A DNA stretch of 64,000 nt from Daphnia carinata (Eukaryota), in NCBI RefSeq assembly GCF_022539665.2, contig NC_081333.1, positions 7,874,001-7,938,000 on the forward strand, written 5' to 3'. A program made the translations under genes and the position numbers. Every line of letters starts with the position of its first letter. The stretch's first letter is position 1. The notes under the pieces are model-generated. The model was given only the letters and a program-made list of their open reading frames with translations, ran no database searches and was not told where the DNA came from. Below are positions 28,810-39,554 of this stretch, one piece after another.

Positions 28810-30689
28810 CTATGACGCATTTTTGGAACTCTTATGTTCGACATGCCCACTGCAATGGTCACACTCGTCTTCTTCAGACTCTGAGGAGCTCTCACCGAAC
28901 TTGTGTGGTTTTTTATACACACAGCAACCTGAAAATTAGGAAAAATCAGCGGCCAAAAACCTTTAATAAAAAAAGAAAACAAAACTTTGGCGGCTTTCTC
29001 GCCCTTACACTTAGATTTCTTTCTGCCTAGATGTTCGTTGTCGACAGTATCTTGAGCCCATCCCACTTTTTTAGAGGTTTCAGGTTTCTTTAAAGTTAGT
29101 ACCACGGTAGATTCCTGGAAGAAAAAAAAACACGCTTGAAATGATTTCCTAGCAAAATATTTCCTAATCTAATGCACTACCAATTAATATTAATTAGTGA
29201 AAGAGGAAGTAAAAAGAAATAGTATAACCCTTCGTATTTATTCTGATCCCAACGTAAAAATTTACAAATCAATACTGCAACTAATTTACAACGCCAATAT
29301 CTCTGAGTTGCTGTATCTGAGTTAAAGAGTAACCCAGTCGTTCTCGAAGAACGGATTCCGTATGCTGGCCCAGTTCTGGGGGTGGAAGACGAATACGATT
29401 GCCCGTCCCGCTGAACTTCACTGGTGGTCCGACAAGTTTCAACGTCCCGGCGGAAGGATGATTAATTTCTTGAACCATTTCATTATATTGCACTTGAGGA
29501 TCTGCAAAAACCTCCGACAATGAATTGATGGGCCCGTAAGAAAAATGTGCACCCTGAAATAATTCTAGCCATTCTGCGTTGGTTTTTGTTGAAAGGGTCT
29601 TGCCAAGTTCTTCGACAAGCTCTCTTCTATGCTCGACGCGTAAAGCATTCGTCAGATATTTAGGATCTGACGACAACTGCACACGTTTGATCCTAGAGCA
29701 AAGCTCACGAAATTGACGATCATTGGTTCCACCAATCGTTATATAGCCGTCGGAGGTAGCGAATGCCTGGTAAGGTACAATACTTTCGTGCGCTGTGCCC
29801 CAGCGTTTGGCTTCTTGGCCAGCCATTAGGTAGTTGGAGCCAAGGTTTACTAAGCAAGCAACTTGTGTCGACAGCAAATTTGCGGATATTCGTTGCCCGC
29901 ATCCCGTTTTCTGCCGTTGAAACAATGCTGCCATGATGGCCCCGTGAGCGTATAATCCCGTTGCCAAGTCCGTTAAAGCTACACCCGTTTTGCACGGCGC
30001 TCCATCTTCTGGCCCCGTAACGTATATCAGGCCTCCCATGGACGAAGCTATAACGTCGTAACCGGGACGAGAAGCATAAGGGCCAGAGCTGCCATAGCCA
30101 GTAATTGAGCAATAGATAAGTTGTGGATTAATTGCCTTTAGATCTTCATATCCCAAGCCATATTCTTCCATTTTTCCAGGAAGGTAGTTTTCCACCAGAA
30201 CATCACTTTGCTTTGCCAATTCTTGGATGATCTTCATTCCATCATGAGATTTTAAATCAACACAAATACTTTTTTTATTGCGATTGATGCTGATGAAATA
30301 GCAGCTAGTATTACCCACAAATGGGGGACCCCAGCTTCTTGTGTCATCACCCACCTTGAGACGTTCTACTTTTAAAATATCAGCCCCTAAGTCACCCAGA
30401 ATTTGCGTACAGTAAGGACCAGCTAAAACACGAGTAAGGTCCAGTACTTTTACACCTGACAGAGCATCAGCAGAAGAACTGCATTTGGATACTGGTATTG
30501 TTTTCCTCAAAAATTTCCTCTGAAAAAAGTCGGCGCATAGTAAACGGAACATTTTCGATCAAAGAACGGAGTCGGAGACAACACCAACAAAAAAAGACTG
30601 TCTATAGAAACCACTACACTGTCTCAGTTGCTCACCTCCCGTTTTTCAGTCGAAGTTTCTGTTTGTCCAGAAATTTGGTTGGTGTCCAT
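28810..30689 (-). CDS. PPP1R11: Protein phosphatase 1 inhibitor-3 (3 coding exons: 30689-30636, 29114-~29009, ~28929-28810)
   Basis: MDTNQISGQTETSTEKRE|ESTVVLTLKKPETSKKVGWAQDTVDNEHLGRKKSKC|CCVYKKPHKFGESSSESEEDECDHC. RVxF-type KVGW motif plus the VDNEHLGRKKSKCCC inhibitor-3 signature; intron phases are consistent. Confidence 0.9.
29281..30552 (-). CDS. SUGCT: Succinate-hydroxymethylglutarate CoA-transferase (family III CoA-transferase), intronless, nested in PPP1R11 intron 1
   Basis: 423-aa uninterrupted ORF: GVKVLDLTRVLAGP, GDDTRSWGPPF, NRNKKSI, DLATGLYAHGAI, RWGTAHESIVPYQAF, PPPELGQHT. The N-terminus is Arg/Leu/Phe-rich, like a mitochondrial presequence. AATAAA ~40 nt after the stop (29242-29237). 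Confidence 0.93.
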   Translation of the reverse strand: MFRLLCADFFQRKFLRKTIPVSKCSSSADALSGVKVLDLTRVLAGPYCTQILGDLGADILKVERLKVGDDTRSWGPPFVGNTSCYFISINRNKKSICVDLKSHDGMKIIQELAKQSDVLVENYLPGKMEEYGLGYEDLKAINPQLIYCSITGYGSSGPYASRPGYDVIASSMGGLIYVTGPEDGAPCKTGVALTDLATGLYAHGAIMAALFQRQKTGCGQRISANLLSTQVACLVNLGSNYLMAGQEAKRWGTAHESIVPYQAFATSDGYITIGGTNDRQFRELCSRIKRVQLSSDPKYLTNALRVEHRRELVEELGKTLSTKTNAEWLELFQGAHFSYGPINSLSEVFADPQVQYNEMVQEINHPSAGTLKLVGPPVKFSGTGNRIRLPPPELGQHTESVLRERLGYSLTQIQQLRDIGVVN

Positions 30690-31131
30690 GTTCCTTGAAG
30701 CCATAATCCGATCCAGACGGTTTGTGTGTTCAAGAAATTATACGTTTTGGCCAAATAGAATTGAAAATTGAAATACACAACACAACACGAGCAAGAAAAA
30801 ATAAGAGATTTCAACTACGGGCTTGATGGCACGTTAAAGTACCGTCTGTGAGGCCAATTGAAAAAGAATTTTCATTATTTACAAAAATTTAGATCTATGA
30901 CGATAGATTTTTCTAATATACTATGATACAAGTGTGATGGACTGTTTCAGAAGTTTATTCTTACAAATTGCCATTTATGTATATATTAATGTATGAAAGC
31001 CACCATTGGAGGCGCTTAACAACATAGCAGACGAAGCTAGGTTTTTTATTTGATGGAAATCTGAAGCACGTGGCGTTGTTCGACAATATAGCCTTCTTCT
31101 CAAAATTTGACGTTTAAACCTCGTTTGGAAA

Positions 31132-32585
31132 ATGACTGACGTGTTAAAGGTAACCAAAAAATCCGAGAAGAAGAAAACCGTTGCAAAGCCTGTGAAGTCA
31201 GACGAAACATTGTTAAAAGATGCCAAGAAAAGAATTATGGGTCTTCAGGTTTGTCTTTAATTTACTCTAATCTGTTCATACTCTTTTCAAAAGTTTTATT
31301 TAAAAAGTATTTGAGTAATTTTGTTTCTTTGCATTTTTCCATTTAATTTTCCTCTGTTCTTTAGAAAAAAAGCAAAGGAAAGCCTGTGCAAAAGGGAGAA
31401 GGTTCTGTTAAGAAGACTAAGAAATACACGAAAAATGCACAAAAACGTGGAGTTGTCTATCTTGGCCACCTTCCTCATGGTTTCTATGAAGAAGAATTGA
31501 GAGGATTCTTTTCACAGTTTGGAAAAGTTGCAAGAGTTAAAGTTTCTAGGAGTTCTAAGGTACAAAATCAAAATATTATTCATTAAATTGTATACTATGA
31601 CCTTGTTATTTAAAAGACAGGGAAAAGCAAAGGATATGCTTTTGTTGAATTTGCCTTCAATGATGTTGCCAAAATTGTGGCGGAGACCATGAACAATTAT
31701 CTCATGTTTGAAAGACTTGTTAAAGGTATGGAAAAACAAATTACCTGCATGTCTTGAAATGGAAACTAAAAATATTAATTTTCTTTAGCTCAGTACATTC
31801 CACCAGAGAAGGTTCATTCAAAAATGTTTCCCTCCCGTTTTATGACATCAGAAGTTTATCCAACAGTCGTTCGTAGAAATCGTCTGATGGCAAAACAAGA
31901 AAAAACACCTACAGAAAAAGATAAGCAAAAGCACCGTGGTCGCATTCTATTCAAGATAACGAGGGCTGTGAGTGCCCTCAAAGAAATGGGCATCGACCAC
32001 CAACCTCAAATTTATGATCCTGAAGCTGGTGCAAGTATGAATGACGATGTTTCTCTGACTAACAGTGACGAAGTTCCTCAGTTAGTTGCAATTCAAACCG
32101 CAATTCCTGATTCAAAATCATCGAAGAAAAATCTTAAAGCAAAACACAAAAAGAACAATAATGCCGCGGACGTTAAACTTGCAACAGATTCCACGCCGAC
32201 TAAAGGGGGTGCAGGCTTTCAGTCAATTGGAGCTCAATCGTCAGCGCCTACAGATTCGTCACCAAAGTTAACACGGAATCAACGTAAAGCTGCGCTCAAA
32301 AAGAACAAAGCTAATGTTGAAGTTACTTCTCCTGTTGATGATGCACCTTCACACTCCCCCAGTAAACGGTTGAAACAATCCCCGAAGCCCCCTGCAAAAT
32401 CGGCTGCCACCCCTTCGAAAAAAAGTTCTGAGGCCTCGGTTAAACCTTCCCCTCAATCAGTTAAAGTATCAGGAGCCTCTCCAAAACCAGATTCGAAGAA
32501 AGCCAAGGCCAATACTTTTGGCAAAGAAGTCGCTGCGCCCTCAAAATTACCGATTCGTTCCGTTAAGGGAAAGAAGCCTGTTTAA
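31132..32585 (+). CDS. NIFK: MKI67 FHA-interacting nucleolar phosphoprotein / Nop15 homolog (RRM)
   Basis: [25 protein letters not shown]...[17 protein letters not shown]...[14 protein letters not shown], followed by a Lys/Ser/Pro-rich tail. Confidence 0.9.
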
Positions 32586-35479
32586 ATCTTTTCGGAAAAT
32601 AAACAACAGTTCTAATCGTAAATTTTTTTGTGTTTTGTTTTATCTCTGTGTTTAAAGCTTACGTGGAGAGAGTACCATGGAATCTAAGAAAAGTATCTTG
32701 TTAGTAATGTGAAGAATCTAAGTACTCATCGTTTTCATTATGTATGATTTTTTAACCGAAAATCCCCACGGTCGTTAGGAAACATGTCCTCTGACATTTG
32801 AGAGATCTGACGTGGAGTCAAAAACAAGTTAGGGAAAAGTGAGAAATAAAACTATCTGGGAAACTAACGTTAATGATCAGAGGGGTGAATGTAGTCGTCC
32901 GGAGCATTTTTCTCGTGTGAGCATTTCACGTTACGGGTGTTGAAATTTGACTAATTTGTTCTAGAGATAAACTTTCTCACAGTATAATGGTAAATAGGGG
33001 AAGAAGTGGCTGTGCATTATGAAAGGTAAGTTAATCGCTAGTTAGCGACAACTGCAATATTTCTAGATCACATTTCATGATTAGCCCAAACCACAGAATA
33101 AGTGGGAGCTATTTTGTTTGTTGATTTGTTGTGTTGAGTGTCAGCGATCCAATGATGGTTATGGTCTAGTTGTGTAGGGGAAAGAAAAGAGGGCGGGAGT
33201 GAAAAATCACTGTTTGGCTAACTGAGCTTCTGGATAGCGGCCAATGTTTAGCTTGCGCCCTCAAACCCCAAATGTGGGCGCTCCTTTCAAATATTCTTGA
33301 TGGCTCTGCCAGGTGGTGCTTCTTCATTCCAAGCCCTCAGTACCACAAGAAGAAACAAGGAGGAAAAACGAAGTCCGGCTCAGTCCTGCGAAACTCATCA
33401 AAAGCACCATCGCTCCGGCGGACGCCGATATCCTGCTCCCTATGTTTCTCTCTTTCACTGCCCTTGTGGTTGTTTTGCCTTTCGGTGGTTTTTTTTTTCT
33501 TTTCACTGGAGACATCAACTACATTGTTGACCATCGTCTCTAATGGGATGCGTCGTCTCTGGCTGAGTCAACACACTAGCTACTGTGTTGCCTGAGAATT
33601 CACGACGTTTCGGCTAAGTTAAATAAATAAGCACAAGTGAAGACCAAAAATGTAGTCTAGGGCAATGTATCTTTTTTTTTCAATTATTAGTTTATTTACC
33701 GACAGCTAACAGAGCTTCGATGTTTTTTCTTTAAACATTGGTTTGTTAAATTTTTAATCGTAATGAATGGCTGAACGTATAATGTTATAGCTCAAGCAAT
33801 GCAATGTATTAAGGTTAATGTTCGGTTTTTTTATGCGCTGATAAGCCGTCTAGCAACCTAAAATGTTGCAAACGATGTGTGGGCGTTTTCACTTTGGGAC
33901 ATTTAATTTCTTAAACTACGATAATTTTATAAATCCCAGATGCAAGATCGAAACTATCTGGCAGGCGAGTCAGTTCTTGATGACTGTCTAAAATTTATGA
34001 CTGCCAACCATTCATGAATTTGTAAGAAAAAAAAAGTTCAGGTCTCGTGATGAATGGGTGCACATTTTAAAATCCCTCGGATGCTCTGCAAAACAGTTTT
34101 AGAGTCACAATGTAATAAAAGAGTAAAAACATCAAACGGATTCTGACCGCCATGTCAGGATTTAAAATGGAAAACTACTTCCTCTTGTTAAGTTAGTTTT
34201 TCCGTTTATACAAACAAAAATCGGCAACCCTTTTGGTAGTACGAAATTGTTTGGAAGACTCACTTGCTAGGCAATGATACAAAATTATGAGAAACAGCCC
34301 TTTAGTTTGGAGAATATGTTGCTTCTTTGAAATAAAACGGATGTACCAGGATCGTTGAAAAAGGATTATTAGATTGGGTCTAACGTAATAGTTTCGTGAT
34401 CTCCGTTTGATTTCAAATCGAAATAATGCATAGTTTACTATATATCGATTTTAACAAAAAAAGAAACAAGCCAAAATATAAGCCCGACTTTTTAAGCCCG
34501 ACTCTGTGCTAACTGTCAAATGGCGTTTCTTAGCTGAATGAACGGAAGTGGACAAACACGTCTAATACTTGCGAAAGAGTTCCTCAGTAATCGCGAAGAA
34601 GGGTAAAATATACGAACAGAAGGGGAAAATAAACGAAAAGGGAAAATATACTTTGTTACGACTTGACCCTCTCTACGAAATTTTATTGAATCCACAAATG
34701 CTTGTATGTGAAAATCGTTTTTTATGGCAACGTTTTGTTTTTTGAATTTTATTTTTATAACTATAGCATCCAACAGCTTCCTGGGAGTTGGAGAAGAAGG
34801 CTGAGTTTCCTGTCGGTTAATGGGGCGCGAAATGTGAAACCTGCCGTCTTCACTGCTACTCCCAGTGTCGAGCGAAGCTATTTAGTTACGGCTCAAGTGT
34901 GAGCAGGCTTCGCCCATTCATTAGACCTTCACAACTGGACCATCGGCCAGTTGTGTAGTAAAACACATAAAGTAAGAAGAAGGAAATGGGGATGTTGCTT
35001 TGAACCTGCCAGACTGCTTGGCGCCGAAGCTGAGACAGGGAATCTCTGAAGGTGGGAAATAGTAGGGAGGGGGCCTGTCAACGTAAATTGATACCCGAAC
35101 CGGAGAAGGCGTTGGCCGCGATGAAAAGACTTTTGCCCTTTTCTCGTCTCACCACCTATGGCGATCTACAGTATTCGACTAAAAGTGCAAAAGAATGTAA
35201 CAACATTTACAAATAAAGACAAGTTTCGTCTTGTGTTTGAGGATTGCTTAGCTACTGTTACGAAACTTTTAGTATTAAAAAAAAAATAATTTAGAAATTA
35301 CAACAGAAAACTAAAACTGATAAGGAGGTCTGGTTGTAAGTCAGAAATGTTATCTATCTTTTTGGCAATAACGAAAAAAGTAACAACTGGTTGCGAATAA
35401 CAAACCATTACTTAAAGCAAGAAGTCTCGTCGAAGACGTAGAACATGAGGATGAACCAAAAGGGAAAAGAAACGCCACA

Positions 35480-35537
35480 TAAACACAACTAGAACCCTGA
35501 CACCGGTAAACACAACTAGAACCCTGACACCGGTAAA
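35480..35537. repeat. Perfect 27-bp tandem duplication (TAAACACAACTAGAACCCTGACACCGG x2 + TAAA)
   Basis: Direct reading. Confidence 0.9.
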
Positions 35538-36268
35538 AGGGGGTCCTAGATGCTGGCAGACAGCCTGGCGCCTCTATGGACTGCTTCCTCCACGGCAATG
35601 ATTGGTGGAGGAACTATTCGGATGCCAGTGTTAAATTCGAAATGCTTAAACATGTTCACCTTAGTTTTGACATCATAACTGTAAAATCAAAGTTTGACTC
35701 ATACAGTATGCATTTTTCCCTTCCATTTGGACTTGATGATTTATAATCGCAAGTCCAGGTTTCCTCGACTTGCGATGTCAATATGGATCTCTACAACTTC
35801 GATAGTGAATGGTCTTGACGGAAATTATATGCAATAGAAAGTGCTGTGCGAAACGCAGAAAGATTGCTATTGTCAAATCATTCCATAAGTGAAATATCGA
35901 ATTTCAAATTGGATTAAGATTGATGTATCGGGAACGGCATCCTAGACAGCTGAGCAAATAAAAGAAAGGTGCCGCAACAGGATTCGGAGCGAAAGACGAC
36001 AACTGGAAGATGGAGGGAGAGTAAGGAAAACTACAGCCAATCAGCAAGCACAGACACCACTCAAGTCTCCGCCTTTACTCCTCGTTCCCTTCAGTTTGCC
36101 CGAACGGCATCAAGCTGGATTTAGATGAAGATGTCTAGTTGTTTAGGCCATTCGTTCCACAGTCGATATTTGACGGTGGACTCGAGTTGTTGGTAACAGC
36201 CCAACTTTTCACCTACGCTAACCATCCCTTTTTTTAAATCTTAAAGCGCTCTACAAGTTGAATTTGAG

Positions 36269-37212
36269 ATGAGTCTTTATTACTCACCTACCCAGCCTCG
36301 GCAACCTCACAACAGCTACAATAACATCACAGATCCGGGAACGAGTTTCAGGCTTACCTGCGTCAATGTGAATCATGTTACGTACAATTATCTCATGGAC
36401 AACGCAACGCCCAATACAACAGACAGTGCCGCATACAATTATGCACACGGGTGCGGAGGATCCTTACCTTGTTATCAAAGTCTAACATCTACGCTACAAC
36501 AGTCTCACGATGATTCCGTTTGCGGAGTAACAGGAACTAGACCTTTTTCCTTGCCGTCGTCCTGCGAGTCGCCTATGTCACTTCCTGCCTTTTCCCCACC
36601 GACTAATCAGTCCTTTATTGGACATCACAATCACTATCAACAACAGCCATGTTCGGGTATTAACTTGTTCCACGACGATGTGCCTCCAATCACGTCAACC
36701 ATCTCATCTGCTATTGAAGATTTCAACTTGGATGAGGATTTTTCGCTCGATCTAGCGGGAGCTGCCAGCTCAGAAGATGGTAAGATTATCTTATGAATAC
36801 GATGAAACAGCAAAGGACCCGTAGAAACAGTTTTATTTCGACAGAAGAATCAAGTAACGGGGATCCAACTTCAAATAAACCAAGAAAAGAGCGCACTGCT
36901 TTCACAAAACAGCAGATACGCGAGCTGGAGAATGAATTCGCCCATTCCAATTATTTGACGCGACTACGTCGTTACGAAATCGCTGTTGCCCTCGACCTTA
37001 CAGAACGGCAGGCAAGTTAAAAATTCTAGACTCGGTCAAGCACGAAAAAAATTAAAGCGAAAATGAATATGCGACTTGGACGACTGCTGACATGAATCTT
37101 TAAATTTCAGGTCAAGGTGTGGTTCCAAAATCGAAGGATGAAGTGGAAACGGACAAAAGGGGGCAGTCCATCGATCAAGCACAAGAAAGAATCAGCAAAA
37201 TCTAAACATTGA
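36269..37212 (+). CDS. Mox: Mox/Meox (buttonless) homeobox protein
   Basis: Homeodomain [63 protein letters not shown]; three exons. Confidence 0.93.
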
Positions 37213-37589
37213 ATATAATAGAGATTACTGACTGCTTTACCAAAACCTACGAAGAATTGTCGTTCTTCTTTCACAAATGAAAAGCCGTATTTGCTCTTAT
37301 CTGATTTTACACCTATGCAAATTTCTAAAGTTCTTCCGTAAGGCATAAATATTTCCATAAAAAAAAAAAAAATACGATCCTTATTTCCCCATGTCACTTG
37401 TGTCCATAACTGTTTTTGATAATTGCTCGTTTTATAGTATTAAAATGTGGCCAAATACATCGGGTCAATCGGTATTACGCATTAACGATTTTGTGACTTC
37501 GGGAACCTAACACGGAATTTGTGCACTTGTTTCACACAGAGAAAAACTTACCATTGAAAAGAGGATATATTGGGTTGCCAAACACGTTA

Positions 37590-38922
37590 TCAATCTGTAA
37601 ACTGTGAATTTAGATAGCGAGACAAGAAAAGCCAATATTGGCGGCGAATGGGATCCACTTTCGTTGCTAATACTTGAAGTATCTGAGGGGAAAAAAGATA
37701 GGTTAGATTTTGTAGAACTGGGGAATTTAAAAGGTATTCTAACCTCATCTGCTTTGGGTAAAAGCACTTGGCGTTTTGAACCATCTGACTGCATCAATTC
37801 TTCCATTCTGTCAACTAAAAAAGCAAAATAATACGGCGATTCACTTTTGTTATCGTCCAAAAATTGGCAGAGTTCCTCAACAATTGGATGGCCGTTAAGT
37901 CCACTTGGATAATGCGCGAGAATACTGCGTCAAAAACACATTTATATGGCATTTTAAATACGAAAATAAGTCATATTAACAGTAAATTTGTCGTTCTCTT
38001 ACCCTCTTAAGTAGTTCCAGGCGCTTTCGTTGTTACAAACCTTCTTGATACTGTTGACAGAAAATGTCAATTCACGATTGATAATGTCTTCGCTAAAGCC
38101 TGATGTCTGTTTCACGACGAAATACCGTTGGTTCCAAGCTGAGTTATTGCGAATATCATCTTCGAGCAGGCGTTCGACAAACTCTAGCTCATGATCAAAT
38201 AGCTTGAAGGTATCTAACACCCATTGTCTATGTTGCCATGCATGGTAATTCTTGGCATCCTGAGCTAGCACTATCTCTGTAAGCCTAAGTTCACTAGATG
38301 AGTCTCCTGACCATTCTACTAGCACTCGGCGATGGTGCCTTTATAAAAAAAAAAAAAATGGTATACTGAACATCCATTCTGACAAATAAAATTTAAAATA
38401 TACATACCAAACTTGATAATTTTTGGGGTGGTCTTCAATTATTCTTCTTACAAATGTCAGTTCCTTTTGTATATTTTTGTCCAATCCTTTAAGAACAGTT
38501 CGTCTGTGATGTAGGGAAAATAAAGGATTATACAACAATATAGACTATCTTTTTAACAACTCTTTACCTGTACTGCCAGACTGTGTAATTGGCTGGATTT
38601 AGCTCAAGTGCATCACTAGTTAACTCAAATGCCCTTTCTGAGATCTCATTCTTTAAGACAATTGCTCGGAAATAGTTAAAAATGTCTTTAACTAAAGAAA
38701 AAGGGAAATAAATAAAGGTATTGATTTAACCAAAACGATAACAAAATAGTCACATCGTTCGGAATATGCAATAGCGACGACCGGAAAAGGTCCTTCGTTT
38801 AATTCGACGGGAACGACATCGTTCCATTCTGGGCGATCACGGTAGTATATCCAAGTAGGCTCCTGGTCAGAACACTCATCAGATGAATCAGACAGCGGTT
38901 CTTTTGACTCTTCACCGGCCAT
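37590..38922 (-). CDS. FNTA: Protein farnesyltransferase/geranylgeranyltransferase-I alpha subunit
   Basis: [16 protein letters not shown] repeats [37 protein letters not shown] and [10 protein letters not shown]; ends VDPIRRQYW...FTD*. Confidence 0.95.
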
Positions 38923-39554
38923 CCTTAAATTACTACTTTATCAAAGAAGAACTCTGTTTCGAACAACAACACATTAGCAACCTGCTTTGCAAAACGAACG
39001 TGTATTTCGTCTGCTCTTTTCGAACTCCAAGGATTTTCCAGTATTGTCACATCAGAGGCCCAAGCGGTTCTACGAGTTCTACGATACCCGATTCTAAAAT
39101 CAGTTAGCACCGGTTCCAACTGCGCTTACCCACATTTTTTACTGTGAAACCGACACAATTTTTACCCTAGCTTAGCCACAATATGGCTTTAGAAAAATAT
39201 AGAGTTGTACCCTAATGTGAAATATGTCATACTTTCCCCTAAGAAGTGCTCAAATGAAGGAGACCTGAGTCCGTTAACGTAGTTATCAAACAAACCATAA
39301 CAGCACTGATTGGCTTTCTGTCGTTGTGAGATTTTAGTATATTAGTAGCTAATGTGAATTTAGAGTGAAAAATTTAAATCAAGCATATATTAAACTTTTT
39401 GATTTACCAATAATTTGTAAAGTTAATAAAGGATAAGTCAATTATTTCTATTATCCCATTTTGGCAATGCTGTTTTTATTTGTTTGTGATTCTGCTTCGG
39501 CTGTCATCGCTATTCCGCAGTACAAGAAATTAGTCACTAAATGCAGCTATTTCA

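Noticed and set aside
29281..30552. Bacterial horizontal transfer of a CaiB/BaiF CoA-transferase
   Set aside because: Although intronless, the protein follows animal SUGCT motifs along its length and has a mitochondrial-type presequence. Retroposition or intron loss is simpler; a phylogeny would settle it.
33272..33595. Cluster of overlapping short ORFs on both strands between NIFK and Mox
   Set aside because: No recognisable protein or consistent splice structure; a small gene cannot be excluded without RNA data.
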